A stretch of DNA of 64,000 nucleotides from Acidobacteriota bacterium (GTDB lineage: Bacteria; Acidobacteriota; Blastocatellia; Pyrinomonadales; Pyrinomonadaceae), in assembly GCA_019639155.1 (NCBI GenBank), contig JAHBSJ010000007.1, positions 173,429-237,428 of the forward strand, written 5' to 3'. The notes beneath the pieces are model-generated. The model made no database searches. It saw nothing but the letters and a program-made list of their open reading frames with translations, and had not been told where the DNA came from. Below are positions 9,502-18,431 of this stretch, in pieces (positions within the stretch are counted from its first letter, which is position 1; each line of letters opens with the position of its first letter). The translations under genes were made by a program, and so were the position numbers.

Positions 9502-10905
9502 ATGAGGGGAGCAGTGACGCCCAATAAATTACTAATATTTGCGATCGCACTTTTTACTTTTGCCATGTCGCCTTTGCCGGCGGCCGCCGATAAGAACGCG
9601 GAAGGCGATTGTTCATGCGTTCCGGGACAGGTCATCGTGCAGTTGGCAAATTCCGCTGACCTGAACGCCGTCGCAGCACAGTACGGACTTAGTTTGACGC
9701 CGATCTCACAGGTCGCGAACCCGTCGATCTTCCTGATGAACATCACATCGGGCCAAGCGCCGCAGCAGGTCGTCGCGGCGATGACCACGCCGGCCGATCC
9801 TCGGATAGTTTTTGCCGAAGTAAACCGAAAACTCTCAAATGCCGAACGCGAAGGCCTTTCGTGGACACAGGGCCGTTCATGGGCCATTGGCCGTTCGTGG
9901 GCCATCGGGGGCAGCTCAAAAGGCTACGGGAAACAGTATTTTCCGTTGCGGATCCGCCTGAACGAGGCATTTGCGGCGGCCGGCACACGAGGGCTGCGTA
10001 TTGATAACGAGGCCCCGGTCGTCGTCGCCGTCATGGATACAGGCATCGACCTGTCGCATCCGGCGTTCGCGGGCCGGCTGGTGCCGCAATCGCAGATGTG
10101 GGATTTCGTCGATAACGACAATGATCCGAGCGAGGTCGGAGAGCTTCGACAGGACCCGTCCTACGGACACGGAACGCATGTCGCAGGCATCATTGCTCTA
10201 ACGGTTCCCGATGCCAAGATAATGCCGATCCGCATTCTGGGGCCCGACGGTTCGGGCGAGCTGTGGCGTATCACCGCGGGCCTCATCTGGGCTGCCAACA
10301 ACGGTGCGGACGTCGTAAACCTGAGCATCGGCTATCCGGAAAGGGTGCGGCTGCTGAAGGATCTGCTGGACTGCGTTGACGTAGGAACGACGCCGACCGG
10401 TACGACCTTTCCCGAGATCGGGACCAAAAGGCTCGCCGTTTCTGTGGCTTCGGGCAACGGCGGAAATTCAGCGATGATCTATCCTGCTGCAGAACAGGCT
10501 GACGGCATGCTGTCGGTGGGGGCAAGCACCCGATATGATTCACTCGCACTTTTCTCTTCGTACAACCGTTCCTGGGTCGATGTGACGGCACCCGGCGAGG
10601 ACATCGTCAGCGCATTGCCGGGCGGGCGATACGGCGTTTGGTCGGGGACGTCGATGGCGGCTCCGATCGTCGCAGGCATTACAGCACTGGTAAAAGCACG
10701 GTATCCGACCACATTTGCCACGCCGCATGACCTCCTTGCCCATGTTAAAGAGACCGCCGTTGACAAGCGATTCAATCTGCAGCCTTTCGGCGAGGTCCGC
10801 CTGAAACGCGTCGATGCGCTGTGTGCGGTCACGAACAATCAGAACTGTCCTATACCTCAAAATGCAGCCCTATTCTCCGGCATCGAGGTGTTTTCTGTGA
10901 GATAG
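9502..10905 (+). CDS. Secreted S8-family serine peptidase (subtilase) with an I9-like propeptide
   Basis: The catalytic triad motifs are VAVMDTGID, HGTHVAG and GTSMAAP. I chose the start at ATG 9502 because it gives the signal peptide MRGAVTPNKLLIFAIALFTFAMSPLPAAA. The track ORF starts at 9421. Confidence 0.9.
   Translation: MRGAVTPNKLLIFAIALFTFAMSPLPAAADKNAEGDCSCVPGQVIVQLANSADLNAVAAQYGLSLTPISQVANPSIFLMNITSGQAPQQVVAAMTTPADPRIVFAEVNRKLSNAEREGLSWTQGRSWAIGRSWAIGGSSKGYGKQYFPLRIRLNEAFAAAGTRGLRIDNEAPVVVAVMDTGIDLSHPAFAGRLVPQSQMWDFVDNDNDPSEVGELRQDPSYGHGTHVAGIIALTVPDAKIMPIRILGPDGSGELWRITAGLIWAANNGADVVNLSIGYPERVRLLKDLLDCVDVGTTPTGTTFPEIGTKRLAVSVASGNGGNSAMIYPAAEQADGMLSVGASTRYDSLALFSSYNRSWVDVTAPGEDIVSALPGGRYGVWSGTSMAAPIVAGITALVKARYPTTFATPHDLLAHVKETAVDKRFNLQPFGEVRLKRVDALCAVTNNQNCPIPQNAALFSGIEVFSVR
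9853..9906 (+). repeat. Three tandem 18-bp in-frame units encoding G(L/R)SW(T/A)(Q/I) inside the subtilase gene
   Basis: The units are ggcctttcgtggacacag / ggccgttcatgggccatt / ggccgttcgtgggccatc. The last two are 16/18 identical. The translation is GLSWTQ GRSWAI GRSWAI. Confidence 0.85.
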
Positions 10906-10938
10906 TCGTCGATCTCATCAGTTTACCCCGATCCGAAA

Positions 10939-10975
10939 GGAGGACGCAGGATATACCTGCGTCTTCCTTTTTTTT
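10939..10975 (+). terminator. Rho-independent terminator after the subtilase gene
   Basis: The stem aaggaggacgcagg / cctgcgtcttcctt has one G-U pair and a loop atata. It is followed by a T8 run. Confidence 0.75.
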
Positions 10976-11049
10976 CGCAAGGTGTCTTTTTTGTCTGTCC
11001 AGCCGCACTGTAGCTATGACGACATTCGGCAAACCGAATTAAGAATCAA

Positions 11050-13236
11050 ATGGCAGGTACAAAAATGAATACGAATACAGTAAAGACAATGGCCTTTTAC
11101 CTTAAGGCATCGGCGGTCGCACTCGGGATCGCTCTATGGGCGTTCATGCCCGTGTTTATCGAAGCGATCAAAGCTCAGAGCGGTGTGCCGATCGTCGTAC
11201 GCACGGCGATCCTCGCTTCGCCGACCGGCAGCATCAATCCGTACGGCGACGCCGAATGGCAGCTATATTCCAACGGCGACCGTGAGATCGAGGTCGAGGT
11301 TCAAGATACGGCCTTTGGTGCGGGAACCGCTCTCAATGCGGTGGTTGACGGTAATGCGATCGGCCAGATCTTCATCGAAAGCGACGGCCGCGGCCGGCTG
11401 AAACTGAAGACCAGCCTCGGCCAGAGCGTGCCGAATACCAACAACGGATCGACGGTCGCCGTCATGAACGGCACGACGGTCGTTGTCGCGGGTGTTTTCG
11501 GCGGCGGCGGTTCGACGCCATCGCCCACGGCATCGCCTTCGACCTCGCCGTCGACGTCTCCGACGGCCAGCCCGTCAACGTCTCCGACCGCAAGTCCTTC
11601 GCCTTCAACTTCGCCTACGGGAACGCCTTCGCCGTCGCCTTCGGCATCGCCGAACAATGATATCGTGGCGGGCTTGAGCGGGCCCGTGCTCAACGGCGTC
11701 GTACCTTTCGGCTTCGCGACGTATGAGATCCACAGCAGCCGTCGAGAACTCGAGGTCCGGCTCCGACAGATAAATCTTCCGATCGGCACGACGGTGACGT
11801 TTGACGTCAACGGAACGCAGGCGGGTGCATTTCAGATCGAAAGCGGCGGCGAAGCGAGGCTGAGGCTTCGGAGCGACCAAGGGGCTAACGTGCCTGTTGT
11901 CACGCCGGGAATGTCGGCTGCCGTCAAGCACAACGGTTCCGTAATATTGACCGGCACCTTCGTCGCCGGCGGAGCAACGCCATCACCGTCGCCCTCGCCT
12001 TCAGGCACTCCTACGGGAACGCCGAGCCCGAGCCCGAGCGGCACGCCTTCAATGGGAAGGTCGTTTGAGGCTCATCTCAACGGCAACAATGTGGTTCCCG
12101 CGGTATTTACGCCCGCGACCGGCGAACTGAAAGTTTCGCTCAACGCAGACGAAACCGTAGCGACAGTGTTCGGTGAATTTCACAACCTGATGAGCGATCA
12201 GACCGGAGCCCGCATCGAGACGGCCATCGGATCGGTCACGACCATCCTCGACCTCGGTGTTGCCGGCGGACGCAACGGCAATTTTGCTTCGAGGACGTTT
12301 CCCGTATCGGCGATACAGGTCCAGCAGCTTCGTGCGGGCCTGTGGTCGGCGGTAATCACCAGCGTAAACAATCCGAACGGCGAGATCAGAGGCTCGTTCC
12401 GTGCCCGCGGCGGCGAAAGCGACCTGGACGGCGACGGCAACGATGACCTCGCGGTCTTTCGTCCGGCGACCGGTGAATGGTTCGCATCGAACAGCAGCGG
12501 CAATACAGGGTTTGCGTTCGGCAGCAGCGGCGATCAGGTGGTTTCTGCTGATTACGACGGCGACGGCGTAACGGACGCTGCGGTCTATTCCAACTCAAAC
12601 GGCTACGGCCTCTGGCAAATCCGACGCAGCAGCGACGGCGGCATCACCTACGGCAATTTCGGCCTCGCGGACGACACGCCGCTCAGGGGCGACTTTGACG
12701 GCGACGGCAGGAACGACCTCGCGGTGTTCCGTCCTTCGAACGGTATCTGGTACATACTGCGGAGCGGCGGTGCAGGCGTCCGCCACATCTCGTGGGGCAT
12801 GGCCGGCGACATTCCGATGCCCGCTGACTATGACGGCGACGGCATGACCGACGCGGCGGTGTTCCGTCCTTCGAACAGCACGTTCTACTTCATCCGCAGC
12901 AGCGACCGCCAGATCCGTATCACCGGCTGGGGCATCGCGGGTGACGTGCCGGTGCTCGGCGATTTCGACGGCGACGGCAAGAACGACATAACCGTCTATC
13001 GCCCGTCGAACGGAACGTGGTACACGCTTCGCAGTTCGGACAACACTATCGCGATCACAGGCTGGGGAACGGCAGGCGATATACCGGTCGCGGGCCGCTA
13101 CGACGCGGACGGCAGGACCGATATCGCGGTGTTCCGCCCGTCGGACGGCAACTGGTACATTCTCCGAAGTTCGGACAATACCATTCAGATAGCTAACTTT
13201 GGTATGGCGGGCGACGTTCCGCTGATAGCGAGGTAG
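11050..13236 (+). CDS. Large secreted or membrane-anchored modular protein: two ~100-aa N-terminal repeats, Pro/Ser/Thr linkers, a CHRD-like domain and about six FG-GAP/VCBS-like repeats
   Basis: 728 aa with a hydrophobic N-terminal anchor. The PST linkers lie at nt 11512-11652 and 11974-12051. The CHRD-like segment reads FEAHLNGNNVVPAVFTPATGE...NPNGEIRGSF. The repeated unit is D(Y/F)DGDG.(T/N)D.AV(F/Y)RPSNG.WY.LRS....I..WG.AGD.P. Confidence 0.8.
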   Translation: MAGTKMNTNTVKTMAFYLKASAVALGIALWAFMPVFIEAIKAQSGVPIVVRTAILASPTGSINPYGDAEWQLYSNGDREIEVEVQDTAFGAGTALNAVVDGNAIGQIFIESDGRGRLKLKTSLGQSVPNTNNGSTVAVMNGTTVVVAGVFGGGGSTPSPTASPSTSPSTSPTASPSTSPTASPSPSTSPTGTPSPSPSASPNNDIVAGLSGPVLNGVVPFGFATYEIHSSRRELEVRLRQINLPIGTTVTFDVNGTQAGAFQIESGGEARLRLRSDQGANVPVVTPGMSAAVKHNGSVILTGTFVAGGATPSPSPSPSGTPTGTPSPSPSGTPSMGRSFEAHLNGNNVVPAVFTPATGELKVSLNADETVATVFGEFHNLMSDQTGARIETAIGSVTTILDLGVAGGRNGNFASRTFPVSAIQVQQLRAGLWSAVITSVNNPNGEIRGSFRARGGESDLDGDGNDDLAVFRPATGEWFASNSSGNTGFAFGSSGDQVVSADYDGDGVTDAAVYSNSNGYGLWQIRRSSDGGITYGNFGLADDTPLRGDFDGDGRNDLAVFRPSNGIWYILRSGGAGVRHISWGMAGDIPMPADYDGDGMTDAAVFRPSNSTFYFIRSSDRQIRITGWGIAGDVPVLGDFDGDGKNDITVYRPSNGTWYTLRSSDNTIAITGWGTAGDIPVAGRYDADGRTDIAVFRPSDGNWYILRSSDNTIQIANFGMAGDVPLIAR

Positions 13237-13364
13237 TTCATCTGACGACGGCCGCCGTGATCTTGGCCTGCAACTCAAATATTACGGCGGCCATCAAATT
13301 GATGAGTTTCGGGCTCATGTTGAGGTGAGCGAGCTATCATACAAAAAGCCTGAAACATTAAGCT

Positions 13365-13403
13365 CCGGCAGGATACCACCCTCCGTCCTGCCGGGGCTTT
13401 TTT
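13365..13403. terminator. Hairpin terminator between convergent genes
   Basis: The stem is ccggcagga...tcctgccgg, followed by ggcttttttat on the plus strand. The DinB stop codon (13402-13404, minus strand) abuts it. Confidence 0.65.
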
Positions 13404-13944
13404 ATTTGCGGATATCGGCGAGCATCCGCTCGATCTGCGCGGTGTGGCGAAACGCATGCAGTCCCGCCATCGCCAGCCAGTCCGACGCGGTCAGCGGCCC
13501 GAAATAAGGGTGCGGGAAATGGTGATTCGAGAGGTCGTATCTCGCCATTTCCTCACGCAGCTCTTCAAAAGCGGCCTCGCTGGCCGCAAGGCGTTCGATC
13601 GACTCTGCGACCGAGACCTCGCCCGTCGGTTTGACCTGATCCGGAGCTTCTACTTTGCGTCCCGCGGACGCGGCAAGCTGTTCGCGAAAACTTTCTGAAA
13701 CAAGCGGCCCGCCGCTGTATTCGACGCCGTCCTCGCGAGCAGCACGCAACAATCGCGAACAAAGCCGCGACATGCCGTGTTCGACTATCGCGACATGCTC
13801 AGCGACGTGGGCTATCGTCCAGCCGCCGGGCTGATCATGCGTCTCTTCTTCGGGCGAGACGGTTTTCAGCAGTTCGACCAGCCGAGCGCGGAATGCACTG
13901 TTCTGTCCGTAAATTTCGTCGATGTTGTTTGGCGTCAGATTCAT
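13402..13944 (-). CDS. DinB-family (DinB_2-like) metal-dependent protein
   Basis: I chose the start at the internal ATG 13944 (MNLTPNNIDEIYG...), which forms an ATGA overlap with the upstream gene's stop. His-containing helices are typical of the DinB superfamily (WTIAHVAEHVAIVEH, LHAFRHTAQIERM). Confidence 0.8.
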   Translation of the reverse strand: MNLTPNNIDEIYGQNSAFRARLVELLKTVSPEEETHDQPGGWTIAHVAEHVAIVEHGMSRLCSRLLRAAREDGVEYSGGPLVSESFREQLAASAGRKVEAPDQVKPTGEVSVAESIERLAASEAAFEELREEMARYDLSNHHFPHPYFGPLTASDWLAMAGLHAFRHTAQIERMLADIRK

Positions 13945-15215
13945 TGTTTTTGCGGTGCGGCCTGTCGCGAAAAGACGATCCGATGCCAGCGGGCAAAACT
14001 CTGCACGCTTTCGGTCTCGATCTTCATTTTCTTCAGGAACGCTGTTTTGAAATATAGAATATCGTCGGTCTGCCACGACAACTCCACGATCGGATTGAAT
14101 GAAACAAGGTCCTTTTCATCCGGAAGGGTCGAGGTCGGCCCGGAAGGTGCCTGAGCAGTGTTTGAGACGCCTCCGGTGTTCGTGGGTTCCAATGACTGCC
14201 GCTGCTGCTGATCGTAAGCCTGCGACGACAGCAGGAGCTGATTTCGCAGCGGTATCGCCGCCTGTGTGGCGTTCGCGGCGGCTGCGTCGTAGATCCGGAT
14301 CTGTATTCCGTAGCCGACCGCGACCTTTGACGAATCAGGCGACCAAACAGGGAAAACCGCGGTCAGATTATCGTCGAGCCGGCGTTCGCGGCCGTTCCGC
14401 TCGATCATTCGGGGACGGCCCTGCGGCACCATCGTCTCGCCCTTATTATTTGCAGAAACGTCCAAGACACGCCATTCGTACTCGGTCGCGGCCAGTGCGA
14501 CGAGTGCTGAGCTATCCGGCGCCCAAGAATAGTGATAGTAGATCAGGCCTTCGTTCTGCGTGACGGGCCGCGTGCCGCTGCCGTCGGCATTGGTCAAATA
14601 GATCTGCTCGGTGCGGAGCGTCAAAATGCCGGTCGGCGGCGGCGGAAGTTCGCGTGCCTGCACGGAAGCCTGCGGCTCGGGCGGTGCTTCTTCGCCCTCT
14701 GCCGGTGTTTCGGCCGGCGTAGCGACGGCTGCCGGCGTTGGAGCATCGAGCGACTCCGGCGGCGGCTGGAATTTGCGAAACAACGCACTGAACGCTACCG
14801 ACGATGAATCCGGCGCCCAGCGTATCGAATCGGGAAAACGCACGGCCATTTGGTCCGAGGTCACGCGTCCCGTCAGTTTGCCGTCAGCCGAATACATATC
14901 CAGCCGATATTCAGACGGCGTATCGCTAAGCCGGTGATAGACGGCGACAACGTGCTTCTTGTCCGGCGAGGTTATCGTGCTGTCCAGCACGTCTGATGGG
15001 CGGCCCGAATCGAAATCCGCCTGCACGGCAGCGTTGCGTTCCCACGCGGAACGGTCGTCCGTTCCTGCGGGACCGGGCACGTCGGCCTCGTAGCGGAAAT
15101 TCAGGTTCACCGCGGGAATTTCGCGAAATGCGGCTGCGGCCGGCTCTGTTTTGTCAGGAGCCGGCGTGCAGGCCGCGATCAACGCGATGAAAATGATCAG
15201 CGTAAGGAGACGCAT
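13941..15215 (-). CDS. Lipoprotein with PD40/TolB-like beta-propeller repeats
   Basis: It has a signal peptide plus lipobox MRLLTLIIFIALIAAC. The motifs W(A/S)PDSS occur repeatedly (WAPDSSSVAF, WAPDSSALVA, WSPDSSKVAV). Confidence 0.7.
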   Translation of the reverse strand: MRLLTLIIFIALIAACTPAPDKTEPAAAAFREIPAVNLNFRYEADVPGPAGTDDRSAWERNAAVQADFDSGRPSDVLDSTITSPDKKHVVAVYHRLSDTPSEYRLDMYSADGKLTGRVTSDQMAVRFPDSIRWAPDSSSVAFSALFRKFQPPPESLDAPTPAAVATPAETPAEGEEAPPEPQASVQARELPPPPTGILTLRTEQIYLTNADGSGTRPVTQNEGLIYYHYSWAPDSSALVALAATEYEWRVLDVSANNKGETMVPQGRPRMIERNGRERRLDDNLTAVFPVWSPDSSKVAVGYGIQIRIYDAAAANATQAAIPLRNQLLLSSQAYDQQQRQSLEPTNTGGVSNTAQAPSGPTSTLPDEKDLVSFNPIVELSWQTDDILYFKTAFLKKMKIETESVQSFARWHRIVFSRQAAPQKQ

Positions 15216-15218
15216 AGT

Positions 15219-17081
15219 TTACATGTCGCGGCCGAAATACTGACGATAAAGCCTTTGCTGCTGTTCGCTCGGCTGTTCCACAGGAGCAAAGCTGAACTCT
15301 TTGCGCGTATTGGCGCCGAGCGTAAATTCTATCTCTCTTAGCCGGTCGTGCCGGAAAATGGTCAGCCGCACCTTGTCGCCGGGCTTGCGTTCGCCGATGT
15401 ATTGGGTCAAAAAGCTCTGCGATACGCGATAGCCGTCAACGGCGACGATCTGATCTCCGGCGTTCAGGCCTTGATCATAGGCAGGCGTCCCGGCCGGTAC
15501 ACTTCGTATGCTCAATCGCCCGGCGTCCTCGGCCATATCCGCGCCGATATACGCACGTTTCGTTGACGGCGTCATAGTGACCGACCAAAGCCCGATGCCC
15601 GTCGTTATTGCCGAATAGTCGATCTCGTCGCGGCCGCGGACGTATTTTGCAAAGAATTCGTCGAGGCTTTTGCCCGCAAATTTTTCGCACGCCGCCTGAA
15701 AATCGGCGGATGTGAAATTGCGGTCCTTTTTCGCGAATTCGTCGTTCAAAAAACGAAAAACGTCGTCGAGGGAATGTTTGCCGTCGGACGCGGTGCGTAT
15801 CGAGATGTCGAGCATCATACTTACGATCTCGCCCTTGTCGTAATACGAGACCTGATTGTTTATCGCATTCTCGTCCTGCCGATAAAACTTGATCCACGCG
15901 TCAAAGCTCGCTTCTTCGAGGCTCGTCTCGAAACGGCCGGGGCGATTCTCAAGCTGCGTTATAAGCCCGGCGATCGCATCGAGCATATCATCGCCGGATA
16001 TGAGGCCGGCACGCATCAGAATGACGCCTTCGTAATAGGCGGTAGCACCTTCGGCGATCCAGAGCAGACGCGTATAATTCTCGCTCTCATAATCGAACGG
16101 CCCCAGGACGTCCGGTCTGACCCGTTTCACGTTCCAAACGTGAAAGAACTCGTGTGCGACAAGCCGCAGGAAATTCGTGTAACGCGTCTCGTTGCGAAAC
16201 GCGAATCGGTTGACCTGCAGGGCGGTCGAGTTCATGTGCTCCAGGCCGCCGCCGCCGCGTGTGTTCACGATGAATAGGTAATCTTCGTACGGCAGCTCGC
16301 CGAAGATCTTGTAGCATTCCTCGATGATCTTCGCTGTGTCCGCCGCGAGTTTGTCCAGATCATAGTTGCCCTCGCCCGTTACGACATAGCGGTGCATTTT
16401 GCCGCGGACCTCGAAACGCTTTTCCTTAAAATCGCTCACCTCAAAGGGCGAGTCGTAAAGAACGTCGAAATTCTCCGCCCGGAAAGTGTTCTCACTGCCT
16501 GCAACCGCGGGCAATCCGGTCGCGACGCGCCAATTGCCGTAAGGGTTTACCTTGACCGTAGCGGGCACGTTCAGGTGATCTTTGATAAAGAAAAGCAGTG
16601 CGGTGTTATTCCAGAACGCGTGCTCGTAATTAAGTTCGTTCGTGCGGACGGTGAGCTCGTTCGAATAGACCTTGTAGCTGGCGGTGAATTGTTTCACGCC
16701 CTTCGTATCGACCTGCCACGTGTTCTTGTTCGCCTTTGTCCACGGCAGCTCGCGTCCCGCGGCGTCGCGTACGGTGAACTGCTGGACGTGGCGTGCATAT
16801 TCGCGGACCAGATAGCTGCCGGGCGTCCAGACGGGCATTTTCAGCTCCGTCTTGTCGGGAGCGTTCTCCCAGCGGACCTGCATCTCGACCTCGAGCAGGT
16901 GCGTCCATGGCCTCGGCATCGACACGGTGAACGCGATATCGGGCGGTGCGGGCTTTGCCGCAGCGGGCTGTTTGCGCGTGTTCGGGGCCGGTTTTCGCTG
17001 AGCCTGCGTGTCCTGATACATAACGAAGAGGCTCACGAAAATGAGCCCGATGAATACTTTAATACTAATTTTTTCAAACAT
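15219..17081 (-). CDS. M61-family glycyl aminopeptidase with a C-terminal PDZ domain
   Basis: 620 aa with a signal peptide and the zinc motif HEFFHVWNVKR. The PDZ-like region reads LSIRSVPAGTPAYDQGLNAGDQIVAVDG. Confidence 0.9.
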   Translation of the reverse strand: MFEKISIKVFIGLIFVSLFVMYQDTQAQRKPAPNTRKQPAAAKPAPPDIAFTVSMPRPWTHLLEVEMQVRWENAPDKTELKMPVWTPGSYLVREYARHVQQFTVRDAAGRELPWTKANKNTWQVDTKGVKQFTASYKVYSNELTVRTNELNYEHAFWNNTALLFFIKDHLNVPATVKVNPYGNWRVATGLPAVAGSENTFRAENFDVLYDSPFEVSDFKEKRFEVRGKMHRYVVTGEGNYDLDKLAADTAKIIEECYKIFGELPYEDYLFIVNTRGGGGLEHMNSTALQVNRFAFRNETRYTNFLRLVAHEFFHVWNVKRVRPDVLGPFDYESENYTRLLWIAEGATAYYEGVILMRAGLISGDDMLDAIAGLITQLENRPGRFETSLEEASFDAWIKFYRQDENAINNQVSYYDKGEIVSMMLDISIRTASDGKHSLDDVFRFLNDEFAKKDRNFTSADFQAACEKFAGKSLDEFFAKYVRGRDEIDYSAITTGIGLWSVTMTPSTKRAYIGADMAEDAGRLSIRSVPAGTPAYDQGLNAGDQIVAVDGYRVSQSFLTQYIGERKPGDKVRLTIFRHDRLREIEFTLGANTRKEFSFAPVEQPSEQQQRLYRQYFGRDM

Positions 17082-17177
17082 TTAATGAAACTCACGCACG
17101 CGGCGTGCTAACATCTCGTTTTTTGTTATCTTACTATAAAAACCGCATGTGTTCAGGCGAGCCGCAGCGGGCGTGAT

Positions 17178-18431
17178 ATGCAGACTGCAGGACAAGGCGA
17201 CAACGGCACACAGCCGGCAAACGAGCGATTCTTCACGCCGCCGCTGCTCATCATTTTTCTCACCATCTTCATTGACCTTGTCGGTTTCGGCATCGTCATT
17301 CCGCTGCTGACGTTTTACGGCGAAGAATTTAACGCAACACCGCTGGATATAGGGCTGCTGGTATCGTCGTATTCGCTGATGCAGTTCGGCTTTTCGCCTA
17401 TTTGGGGCGCGCTGTCGGACAGGTTCGGACGGCGGCCGATCTTGTTTCTCACGATCTTAGGAACGAGCGTCGGTTATCTCGTACTTGGCCTGGCGACAAG
17501 CCTGTGGATGGTTTATGCGGGGCGTCTGGTCTCGGGGATCGCAGGCGGAAACCTTGCCACGGCGCAGGCTTACATCGCGGATGTTACTTCGCGTGAGAAC
17601 CGCGCCCGCGGCATGGGCCTATTCGGCATGGCGTTCGGGCTCGGGTTCATCATCGGCCCGGCTCTCGCGGGCGTGCTGAGCAAATTCGGGATGCACGTGC
17701 CTTTCCTGTTTGCTGCGGGATTGAGTTTTGCGAACGCTGCGTTGCTGTATTTCATTCTTCCGGAGAGCCTGAGTCCCGACCGCGTCGGGGCAAAACGCGA
17801 GGGCCGTCTGCGGCAGATGTGGTCTTCGATCAGAAACCCGATACTCGCTAAGATCTCGCTCGATTTCTTTCTGGTCGTGACGGCATTCTCGATGATGACG
17901 ACGGCATTCGCGTATTACACGATGGTCAAATTCGGCTACGACGCGGAAAAGACGGGCTATCTCTTGGGCTTTGTCGGCCTGGTCGCAGCGGTGATGCAGG
18001 GCGGCGTATTCGGCGTTTTGGCAAAGCGTTTCGGCGAGGTGCCGCTGATCGCGGCGGGCTGCGTGATATTGACGGCGAGCCTCGTTGCCGTGCCGTTCGT
18101 GAGCTCGGCGAGCGGCGGTTTGCCGATGCTGCTGATCGGCATCGCCGCGTTCGCTATCGGCAATTCCATCTCATCGCCCGCATTGACCAGCCTTGCCTCA
18201 AAATCCGCCAACGAAGCGGAACAGGGCCAGGCGCTCGGCATCATGCAGTCTTTTGCCAGCCTCGCACGCGTGATCGGGCCGCTGCTGTGCGGACTGCTGC
18301 TGAACAATCAATTCAACCAAGTGGACGACGCGACGATCTTGCGGACATTCTGGACTGCCGCCGGAATAATGATCGCGGCTTTTGTCGTAAGTCTTTTTCT
18401 CAGGCGGGTTCCAAAGGAAAAATTTAGCTGA
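17178..18431 (+). CDS. MFS transporter (TetA/TCR-like, 12 TM)
   Basis: 417 aa and highly hydrophobic. MFS motif A is GALSDRFGRRPIL. Confidence 0.9.
   Translation: MQTAGQGDNGTQPANERFFTPPLLIIFLTIFIDLVGFGIVIPLLTFYGEEFNATPLDIGLLVSSYSLMQFGFSPIWGALSDRFGRRPILFLTILGTSVGYLVLGLATSLWMVYAGRLVSGIAGGNLATAQAYIADVTSRENRARGMGLFGMAFGLGFIIGPALAGVLSKFGMHVPFLFAAGLSFANAALLYFILPESLSPDRVGAKREGRLRQMWSSIRNPILAKISLDFFLVVTAFSMMTTAFAYYTMVKFGYDAEKTGYLLGFVGLVAAVMQGGVFGVLAKRFGEVPLIAAGCVILTASLVAVPFVSSASGGLPMLLIGIAAFAIGNSISSPALTSLASKSANEAEQGQALGIMQSFASLARVIGPLLCGLLLNNQFNQVDDATILRTFWTAAGIMIAAFVVSLFLRRVPKEKFS

Noticed and set aside
11512-12051. Possible CRISPR-like or tandem DNA repeats in the Pro/Ser/Thr linker regions
   Set aside because: The periodicity is codon-level low complexity (TCG/CCG/ACG) inside an open reading frame. 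There are no constant-length repeats separated by unique spacers. No CRISPR array is visible anywhere in the window.
12595-13278. 227-aa minus-strand ORF inside the FG-GAP repeat region
   Set aside because: It is a shadow of the repetitive plus-strand gene, and its own repetitive RR/AV content mirrors the sense repeats.
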